The position numbers were made by a program, and so were the translations under genes. A stretch of 10,267 bases of DNA from positions 1 through 10,267 of the forward strand of contig JBBIMI010000026.1 of NCBI GenBank assembly GCA_037444485.1, in the 5' to 3' direction. The notes beneath the pieces are model-generated. The model was not told the DNA's origin. It was given only the letters and a program-made list of their open reading frames with translations, and made no database searches. Source of the stretch: Candidatus Micrarchaeota archaeon (GTDB lineage: Archaea > Micrarchaeota > Micrarchaeia > Norongarragalinales > Norongarragalinaceae). Shown one piece after another: positions 1 to 6,003 of the stretch (its first letter is position 1; every line of letters starts with the position of its first letter).

Positions 1-238
1 CACGTGGTCGCGCAGCTTCGCGCGGACGTGAGTCCTGCTCGTGCTGCCATGCTGTTGAAGGGCGCGAGCGCGTACGACTTGTTTCGTTTCGAGCCAAAGT
101 TTCGCCTGCGCTAGGCGCGGCCACTTCTGGGGCCGCGCGTACTTTCACCACAGTGTCGGCGACGCCGACTTGGAAACAGTCGCGCGTTACGTGCGCGAGG
201 ATAACGACGCCCGCCAGCGAACGCTGGCAGCATACTAG
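1..238 (+). pseudogene. tnpA: IS200/IS605-family Y1 (HUH) transposase, 3' part; 5' end outside window; frameshifted
   Basis: Frame 1 reads HVVAQLRADVSPARAAMLLKGASAYDLFRFEPKFRLR then TAG (112-114). Frame 2 from 116 reads RGHFWGRAYFHHSVGDADLETVARYVREDNDARQRTLAAY* (TAG 236-238). Together these give the TnpA pattern H..LKG.S...RYW.GHFW..Y..SVG...Y (catalytic Tyr, TAC 188-190). Restoring 2 nt (TA[CT]GG) gives R-Y-W-R-G-H-F-W. Confidence 0.9.
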
Positions 239-269
239 AAATCCTACGCCTTTAGGCGTAAGTTATTAA
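1..269 (+). mobile_element. IS200-like element copy A (tnpA remnant plus right end; left end outside window)
   Basis: The tnpA stop is followed directly by AAAT (239-242), the hairpin CCTACGCC-TTTA-GGCGTAAG (243-262) and TTAA (266-269). 181-267 matches 1662-1748 at 85 of 87 positions. Confidence 0.85.
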
Positions 270-376
270 AATTAAAACTAGTTTTTAAAATTAGGGAATG
301 CGTTTTTGTTTTTGCGTTACGTTTTTTAAGTACTAGGTTTTTCTTAATAATATTCTTTTTCGCAGTGGGGTGTTTA

Positions 377-583
377 ATGTTGAACGTGAGCAAGGCCGGG
401 ATAAGTAGTTTGGTTGCAGGACTCGTTTTGCTTTTATTGCTTTGGTTTTTTGTTTTCGCGCCACCGCATTACGGCAGCGTTTCCGCTGGCTTGCTTGCAG
501 CGATCGTCACAGCTGTCTTTGGTGGATTGATTATTATCGGAGTGCTGTTGCTGGTAATAGGATTAATAATCTTGATTATATAA
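377..583 (+). CDS. Small hydrophobic membrane protein (68 aa, about two TM helices), function unknown
   Basis: ATG 377 is preceded by GGGGTG (367-372, RBS-like), so it is preferred over GTG 365. Two long hydrophobic runs are separated by PPHYG. TAA at 581-583. Confidence 0.7.
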   Translation: MLNVSKAGISSLVAGLVLLLLLWFFVFAPPHYGSVSAGLLAAIVTAVFGGLIIIGVLLLVIGLIILII

Positions 584-605
584 TCTTAATGCGAATCTTA
601 ATGCG
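582..605. repeat. Perfect 12-bp tandem duplication AATCTTAATGCG x2
   Basis: 582-593 and 594-605 are identical; the repeat spans the predicted left junction of element B. Confidence 0.9.
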
Positions 606-800
606 TTTGGTTGAGAAATCCGCGAGTTCAGTCGCGGGACGAATCAACTCTAATGTTCGTTATGCTCGTAATTGTTTCGCTTCGCTTGTTTGCCGATTTT
701 TGCAGGTGCAGCGTTTCGCGCGCTGATAGTGGCGCCAGCCGCCAAGCCTGGCAACATGCAACATGCCGGAATCCAGCGCCTTTAAGCGTAGGTTGTTTAA
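602..800 (+). mobile_element. Non-autonomous IS200-derived element, copy B (199 bp, diverged)
   Basis: TTAA at 598-601, AAAT at 616-619, left hairpin CCGCGA-GTTCAG-TCGCGG (620-637). A 26-bp block (670-695) is identical to 1564-1589. Degenerate tnpA 3' end at about 716-768. Right end GAAT + CCAGCGCC-TTTA-AGCGTAGG (769-792) + TTGT + TTAA (797-800). Confidence 0.75.
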
Positions 801-830
801 TTTGAGTGTTGAGTTCAGGCCGGCAATCAA

Positions 831-1448
831 TTAACTCGTCTTGAGTACTTCGTTCTGCGTGCTCAGCGCGGTGTACGCTGTTTGGTTTGCTCCAGTCCAG
901 TAAACAACCCACGCGTTTTCAGGCAAGCCGCTTGCGAAAGCAAGCAAAGCGTTTTCGTCGATTCCAGGGCAGTACGCGGTTGCTTCGCTGGAGTTTAATT
1001 CTTTTACGAGTTCTTTTACGAGAAAAGCGCAGCCGAACGCGTCGTTCGCGCCAGTGATTTGTGTGAGTGCCGGCAGTTTTCCAGAGTTTATCAGCGCTTC
1101 TTCGCGCAGCGCGATGCTTGTGCGTTGGTTGCAGTCGTTTACAAGCATTTCAGGCCTGTACTTGAATTTTAAGACGTCACTGTAATCTCTTTTTTCTACT
1201 GTCGGGCACCGCGAATGCTGGTTTTTAGCGATTATCACGGTGGCGGTCCACGCTTCTCCAACTTGAGTCAAGCTTGAAACGCGCGCTTCGCTTGGATTGA
1301 CGCCTTGTTCCGCCAAGTCTTTCAGCAATAGTTTTTGGACTTCGTCCCTAGTCAAAGCAACTTTCTGTTGTTGAGGAATAAGGGTGAAAGCGATTAGGAA
1401 CGCGCCTAGTATTATTGTGAGGATTACTGCACTCCGATACCCGTTCAT
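831..1448 (-). CDS. Membrane-anchored or exported hypothetical protein (205 aa)
   Basis: Long ORF. ATG at 1448 lies about 10 nt downstream of GGCGGGAG on the minus strand (alternative start GTG 1496). N-terminal hydrophobic helix AVILTIILGAFLIAFTLI and four Cys in the soluble part. No family recognised. Confidence 0.8.
   Translation of the reverse strand: MNGYRSAVILTIILGAFLIAFTLIPQQQKVALTRDEVQKLLLKDLAEQGVNPSEARVSSLTQVGEAWTATVIIAKNQHSRCPTVEKRDYSDVLKFKYRPEMLVNDCNQRTSIALREEALINSGKLPALTQITGANDAFGCAFLVKELVKELNSSEATAYCPGIDENALLAFASGLPENAWVVYWTGANQTAYTALSTQNEVLKTS
999..1022. repeat. Perfect 12-bp tandem duplication TTCTTTTACGAG x2 (in-frame, LVKE-LVKE)
   Basis: 999-1010 and 1011-1022 are identical. 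Confidence 0.9.
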
Positions 1449-1506
1449 TTCAAGAATACTCCCGCCTTTTCTTCCTTCAATACTTTTTCGCTTCACTAGT
1501 TTTTAA

Positions 1507-1751
1507 TACATTTGGCTGAGAAATCCGTTGCGTTCAGGCAACAGACGAACTACGGATGAATCAAATTGTTTCGCTTCGCTTGTTTGCCGGTTTTTTGTAG
1601 GTGCCTGCGGGGCGGTTGGCTTCGTTCGCGTGGGCGGCGCGGGCCTCGACGCCTCGTTTCGCGCGCGTTACGTGCGCGAGGATAACGACGCCCGCCAGCG
1701 AACGCTGGCAGCATACTAGAAATCCTAAGCCTTTAGGCGTAGGTTATTTAA
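1507..1751 (+). mobile_element. Non-autonomous IS200-derived element, copy C (245 bp)
   Basis: TTAA at 1503-1506, AAAT at 1521-1524, left hairpin CCGTTGC-GTTCAG-GCAACAG (1525-1544). 1636-1661 matches tnpA 61-86 at 19/26, and 1662-1748 matches 181-267 at 85/87. Right hairpin CCTAAGCC-TTTA-GGCGTAGG (1724-1743), TTAA at 1748-1751. Confidence 0.85.
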
Positions 1752-2219
1752 TTCAAGGCCTTTATGCCGCAGAAGGAAACTTAGGCATGCGTCGTAAAGT
1801 TGCGTGCAGTATTTCTTATACTTCAACAAAGCAGGTTGAGCGTATTTTTGTGAGTAAGTTATTGAATTTCTTAGAGGTTGAAAACAGAATAAAACCCGCA
1901 CATGACGGGGTTAGCGTCTGCGGTTTCAGAAATATACAGAAATTATTTGAAGCCGATGTTTTTGCCTTGAGGCCGTTTGATAGAGTCCTGCTATCAAATG
2001 GATTTAGAGAATTATCCTGGTAAAAGCAAAAATAAGATAATCTCCTTTTTATCAGAACACCCAGATATGCCCGCCTTCGAAATTGCTTCAGCGTTATCAC
2101 TTTCTTATAAGAATACTTCAAAGCAACTTAGAGAATTGGCTAATGAAAATAAAGTAACGGCAAACAGACGATCGAGAGTATCTCTTCCGTATTCCTGGAA
2201 AGTTAATAGTCAGTTATAA
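1748..2219 (+). pseudogene. 5'-truncated LAGLIDADG-like domain plus winged-helix domain, split by a frameshift near 2000-2023
   Basis: LIQGLYAAEGNL (from 1748) fits the LAGLIDADG helix and has no native start; this frame stops at 2021-2023. The overlapping frame gives KNKIISFLSEHPDMPAFEIASALSLSYKNTSKQLRELANENKV...W, a wHTH pattern. The wHTH could instead be a separate 73-aa gene from ATG 1998. Confidence 0.6.
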
Positions 2220-3759
2220 GTTGTTGTCCTTTCTTCACTTTTCTTGGTTGTTTGGACGGTTGACTGGCTGGCTTTAAAGCCAAAGCTTTTAACATCTTAT
2301 TCATTTTCTCTTCCTTCTTGCGGGAAATCCAGTGGAATGCCTCGTCCTTCGTGTCTTTCGTTATCAGGATTACGGTTTTTCCCGCCTTTACGCGTCCAGC
2401 GCGGCCGCGGCGTTGAATTAATCTAACCTCGCTAGGAACTGCTTCATAGAAAATAACTAAGTCGACCGCCCTGATGTCTATGCCCTCTTCCGCCACTTGC
2501 GTTGCGACGAGCGTGTTGAAGTCTTTGTTTCGAAAAGCATCGAGCAGTTCGCCCTGCTGTTTTTGAGTCATTCCGCCTTCGCCGCTCCTGCCGACTAACT
2601 TGCGGGCTTTCACGAAACGCGTTTCTTCAAGCGCTTTAAGAACCTTGTCGACGGAATCGCGGTAGTGGGCGAAGACGATTACCGACTTGCCTTCCGCGGC
2701 TGCCGCGCTGACCAACTCACGCATTTTCGCCATTTTGGGGTGCTCGATTTTTTTCGCGATCAACTCGCCGACTTTCTTTAAAACCTGCGCGTAGCGGGAG
2801 TCTTTCAAAATCGCTTGCACGGCCTTCGTCTTTTTCTCGCGTTCGCCTATTCCCTTCCAAAAGCTCTCGAGCGCGCCGATGCCTTCGGTCTCGAGCAAGT
2901 CGATGGCGTGCATCAAGTTCATCGCGCGCGCGAGCAGGCTCAACGCCCAAAACCTGCTTGCACCTGAGGAAGCGAGCAGCCGAGCGCGCAATGCAAGCAA
3001 ATCGCGTTTGTTGACTCTACTGTAAGAGCTAACGAAATTAGTTTCCTTTAATGCTTTAAGCACTTCGTTAAGCCAGCCTTGCAAGAAATCGCGTAATTCA
3101 AGGAATTCTTTCGGCAGTTCAACGAAAACCCAGTCTATTTCAACTGGCTTGACGTACTCTACCACGTCCTCGTCTTTCGCGGTTTTCACTTCAACATGCT
3201 TGATTCCAAGATTCGCGCAAACTTCTTGTATCTTTTTTTTGTCGGCCGACGGCGAGGCAGTCAAACCGAGAACAAGCGCGCCTGCCTCAACTGCTTTCGC
3301 GCTAACGAAGACGAACGCGTAATTGCCGACCGCGCGGTGCGCTTCATCAACCACGACAAGTGAAAAGTCTTTGAGAGAAAGCATTTTCTTCTTCAAGTCG
3401 TTTGCAACTGTTTGCGGAGTGCCGACAACCACGCGCGCGTTCGCGTACGCGTTCGCGCGTTCCTCTTGCTTTACCTCGCCGGTGACGACGATTATCTCTT
3501 CGCGGGGAATTTCAACCAATTCACGGAATTTTTCTGCTTGCTGCAGCGCAAGCGGCTTGGTTGGCGCGAGAAACAACGTCTTCCGGCCACTCGTTTTAAG
3601 AAAATGTGCGGCGAGAAGCAAGGCGACGAACGTCTTGCCTAACGCGGTCGGCATGACTACGAGCGTGTTGCCGCGTGCCAAAGCGTTTTCAGCAGCGAGC
3701 AGTTGGTAAGAGCGGGGCTCTGCTTTGCTTGTCCGGAAAAGACTCAAGTCTAAAACCAT
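2203..3759 (-). CDS. hef: Hef/FANCM/Mph1-type SF2 DEAH helicase lacking the C-terminal ERCC4 nuclease domain
   Basis: PRSYQ (Q motif), MPTALGKT (I), LAPTKPL (Ia), DEAH (II), LTAS (III), ATQVAEEGIDI (V), QRRGRAGR (VI), plus Hef-typical HPK, GMTQKQQ and YEAVPSEVR. 518 aa, ending in QQLITDY. Confidence 0.92.
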   Translation of the reverse strand: MVLDLSLFRTSKAEPRSYQLLAAENALARGNTLVVMPTALGKTFVALLLAAHFLKTSGRKTLFLAPTKPLALQQAEKFRELVEIPREEIIVVTGEVKQEERANAYANARVVVGTPQTVANDLKKKMLSLKDFSLVVVDEAHRAVGNYAFVFVSAKAVEAGALVLGLTASPSADKKKIQEVCANLGIKHVEVKTAKDEDVVEYVKPVEIDWVFVELPKEFLELRDFLQGWLNEVLKALKETNFVSSYSRVNKRDLLALRARLLASSGASRFWALSLLARAMNLMHAIDLLETEGIGALESFWKGIGEREKKTKAVQAILKDSRYAQVLKKVGELIAKKIEHPKMAKMRELVSAAAAEGKSVIVFAHYRDSVDKVLKALEETRFVKARKLVGRSGEGGMTQKQQGELLDAFRNKDFNTLVATQVAEEGIDIRAVDLVIFYEAVPSEVRLIQRRGRAGRVKAGKTVILITKDTKDEAFHWISRKKEEKMNKMLKALALKPASQPSKQPRKVKKGQQLITDY

Positions 3760-3850
3760 TTTGTAAAACGCCTTTTCGAAAAAAATTTAGTTCGCCCAGA
3801 ATTAAATTGCTTTGTTTTAAAAAAAAATTTTGAGGCCCCGCGCTTCCACT

Positions 3851-3870
3851 AAAACCAAGCTTTTAAAAGC
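3851..3870. promoter_or_regulatory. Candidate BRE/TATA element in the divergent hef-histone intergenic region
   Basis: A-rich AAAACCAAG followed by TTTTAAAA; GCTTTTAAAAGC (3859-3870) is a perfect palindrome, so it reads the same in both directions. The region is AT-rich, so the call is tentative. Confidence 0.35.
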
Positions 3871-3945
3871 AAGAACGCAGTTTCCTAAATTCCTTTTCAC
3901 AGAAAAAAGTTGACAGCTTTATTGCTTTATTTTTTGTGATTTTTT

Positions 3946-3969
3946 TTCGTGAAGTAATTCGTGAAGTAA
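3946..3969. repeat. Perfect 12-bp tandem duplication TTCGTGAAGTAA x2 upstream of the histone RBS
   Basis: 3946-3957 and 3958-3969 are identical; a partial third copy TTTGTGAAG (3973-3981) runs into the RBS. Confidence 0.9.
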
Positions 3970-3996
3970 TCTTTTGTGAAGGTGGTGGGGTAAACA

Positions 3997-4197
3997 ATGG
4001 CTATTCTGCCTCTAGCGCCAGTCGAGCGCTTGATCCGCAAGGCTGGAGCGGAACGCGTTTCGCAGGATGCTGCAGAAGCGCTTGCGGACGTGCTTGAAGA
4101 CGTGGGCATAGACATTTCGCAGAAGGCGGTTCAACTCGCGAAACACGCGGGACGCAAGACCGTGACAGCCGAAGACGTCAAACTCGCGAGCAGGTAA
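3997..4197 (+). CDS. Archaeal histone, HMfA/HMfB type (66 aa, single histone fold, no tail)
   Basis: [19 protein letters not shown]...[16 protein letters not shown] is the HMf signature. RBS GAAGGTGGTGG at 3978-3988. Confidence 0.97.
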   Translation: MAILPLAPVERLIRKAGAERVSQDAAEALADVLEDVGIDISQKAVQLAKHAGRKTVTAEDVKLASR

Positions 4198-4231
4198 CGC
4201 CCGCCGCTCGCTAGTCTTCCTTTTCTTTTTT
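4186..4231 (+). terminator. Putative histone terminator
   Basis: GCGAGC (4186-4191) and GCTCGC (4206-4211) form an inverted repeat, followed by the pyrimidine tract TTCCTTTTCTTTTTT (4217-4231). Confidence 0.45.
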
Positions 4232-4449
4232 AGTAATAGCTTACGTCATTACAGTGCTAATTTAAGAGTTGCACTAATTCAGCATATGCCTCAATTCAGG
4301 GAATCAGACAACATTATTTTTTAAGGGAGTTCCTCAGAATCTTATTATGGGGCTTTCCGAAAAAGATTTTTTAAATTTCTTGTTTAGTTGAGGTGCATTA
4401 ATCCTCGTTTTTTTAAACGGCTTCTTCCTTTCTCTTTAAGGTGATCTCT

Positions 4450-5751
4450 GTGCGTTACGAGGATTTTGTTGACTTGAATTACAAACCTAAAGAAGACGAA
4501 TTGATTGCCGAGTTTATAGTCACCCCCGCCAAAAGCGTATCCTTCAAGGAAGCGGCTGGCGGGATAGCGGCCGAGTCAAGCGTTGGAACTTGGACCGAAC
4601 TTACTACCATGACCAAACGCATAGAACGCGAGTTGGCTCCCCACGTATTTCAGGCAAACCCGCGCACCGGAATCATAAAAATAGCTTACTCCCTAGAATT
4701 GTTCGAACTTGGAAACATGCCGCAAATTTTCTCTTCAATCGCTGGAAATGTTTTTTCGATGAAAATCGTCGATGCGCTTCGGCTTGAAGACATTCGTTTC
4801 CCCAAAAAATTGTTGAATTCCTTCAAAGGTCCAGCTTTCGGAATTCCCGGAATTCGAAAAATCACTAAAATCAAGAATCGGCCTTTGCTTGGAACGATAA
4901 TAAAACCCAAGCTCGGCTTGCGAGAGGCGGAACATGCTAAAGTCGCTTTCGAAGCCTGGATGGGTGGACTCCAAGTTGTAAAAGATGATGAAAACTTATC
5001 GAGCATGTCCTTCAACAATTTCGATAAACGCATTCGCGCAACGCTAAAAGCCCGCGACAAGGCAGAACGCGAGACTGGCGAGAAAAAAATCTATTTGCCT
5101 AACATCACTGCAGATTTCGCGACGATGGTAAAACGCGCTAAGCTAGTAAAGAGTTTAGGCGGCGAATTTGCTATGGTTGACGTAATCACGATAGGCTTTT
5201 CAGCGCTTCAAGCGCTACGCGACGCCGACTTAAACCTAGCGTTGCACGCGCACCGCGCGATGCACGCGGCGTTAACGCGCAACCCGCGCCATGGCGTTTC
5301 GATGCTGGCGCTCGCTAAAGCATTTCGGCTGATTGGCGTTGACTCGCTTCACGTAGGAACGGCTTTTCTAGGGAAAATGAGCGAATCCGGCGGAGAAACC
5401 GTTTCCTTAGTCAAAGAAGTGGAACAGTCTTTCATTAAAGAAGAGGATTTCGCTCACGCCCTCGTTCAAGACTGGGGAAAAATAAATCCTGTTTTAGGCG
5501 TGTGCAGCGGCGGCTTGCACCCGGGCTTGATTCCCGGCTTGGTAAAACTGTTGGGAACCGACTTGTTGATTCAATTTGGCGGCGGAGTGCATGGAAACAA
5601 GCTAGGTACGCGCGCTGGCGCTATGGCAGCTCGTCAGGCTTTAGATGCCGCGTTAGAAGGCATCAATCTAAGGGAATACGCGAAAACGCGCAAGGAATTG
5701 AAGTGCGCGTTGGACCAATGGGGCACTAGTCCTAGCTATAATCGAGAATAA
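4450..5751 (+). CDS. rbcL: RuBisCO large subunit, form III (III-b-like)
   Basis: AESSVGTWT, AGNVF, IKPKLG, KDDENL, HAHRAMH, LHVGTAFLGKM, SGGLHPG and QFGGG are all present. Start placed at GTG 4450 (MRYEDFVD, 433 aa) because the track's GTG 4441 lies inside the RBS AAGGTGAT (4438-4445). Confidence 0.97.
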   Translation: MRYEDFVDLNYKPKEDELIAEFIVTPAKSVSFKEAAGGIAAESSVGTWTELTTMTKRIERELAPHVFQANPRTGIIKIAYSLELFELGNMPQIFSSIAGNVFSMKIVDALRLEDIRFPKKLLNSFKGPAFGIPGIRKITKIKNRPLLGTIIKPKLGLREAEHAKVAFEAWMGGLQVVKDDENLSSMSFNNFDKRIRATLKARDKAERETGEKKIYLPNITADFATMVKRAKLVKSLGGEFAMVDVITIGFSALQALRDADLNLALHAHRAMHAALTRNPRHGVSMLALAKAFRLIGVDSLHVGTAFLGKMSESGGETVSLVKEVEQSFIKEEDFAHALVQDWGKINPVLGVCSGGLHPGLIPGLVKLLGTDLLIQFGGGVHGNKLGTRAGAMAARQALDAALEGINLREYAKTRKELKCALDQWGTSPSYNRE

Positions 5752-5980
5752 GCCTTAGCTGGGTCAACCACGTTATAAACTTTTTTTTTTCGTTTATAAG
5801 CCACTGCCTTTTTTTTCTATCCGACCAGCTTTAATTTCGACAGTATGGCGCCCGTCTTTCTAGGGTCTCTTACAGCCAGCCATTTAACCGCTTCGGAGAA
5901 GGTAAATTCTTTTCCACCACTTTTTTTAATAACGTCGAATAAGTCAAAGTCAGCCATTTAGGTAACGGTTCCGCGCACAA
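5736..5980 (-). pseudogene. Decayed small winged-helix protein gene with several frameshifts
   Basis: Minus-strand pieces across frames: AEPLPKWLTLTYSTLLKK / SGGKEFTFSEAVKWLAVRDPRKTGAILSKL / AGRIEKKG / YKRKKKVYNVVDPAKAYSRL*. From memory this resembles small archaeal wHTH proteins of pattern PLPKWL..Y..L....EFTF.EA...LS.L..AGWI...RK..Y; unverified. Confidence 0.55.
5773..5816 (+). terminator. Putative oligo-T terminator for rbcL
   Basis: T10 (5781-5790) is flanked by the inverted repeat TTATAAAC/GTTTATAA (5773-5780, 5792-5799), and a T8 follows at 5809-5816, within 65 nt of the rbcL stop. Confidence 0.4.
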
Positions 5981-6003
5981 AATTTATTAACGGATTCATA
6001 AAA

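Noticed and set aside
442..912. Track ORFs 442-726, 611-805 and 628-912
   Set aside because: They are chance frames across element B and neighbouring genes, with no recognisable protein features.
1528..1747. ORF 1528-1719 and the N-terminal part of ORF 1601-2023 as real genes
   Set aside because: Both read through element C. The first only carries the tnpA tail; the second fuses element sequence to the LAGLIDADG remnant.
181..1751. Three recurring palindromic repeats as a CRISPR array
   Set aside because: Spacing is about 530 and 950 bp with whole genes in between, there are no cas genes, and the repeats are explained as IS200 ends.
598..1751. TTAA flanks as target-site duplications of a DDE (piggyBac-like) transposon
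   Set aside because: There are no terminal inverted repeats; subterminal hairpins and tnpA homology indicate HUH chemistry.
1998..2219. Z-alpha (Z-DNA-binding) domain
   Set aside because: The wHTH layout and P..W wing are similar, but the Asn and Tyr of the Z-alpha recognition helix are absent.
4232..4440. Short gene or ncRNA between the histone and rbcL (e.g. frame ...FKGVPQNLIMGLSEKDFLNFLFS*)
   Set aside because: No convincing start, family motif or stable structure was seen; it may be a remnant but cannot be supported.
4450..5751. Evidence of a Calvin cycle or autotrophy
   Set aside because: No phosphoribulokinase or small subunit is in the window, and form III enzymes usually serve nucleoside salvage.
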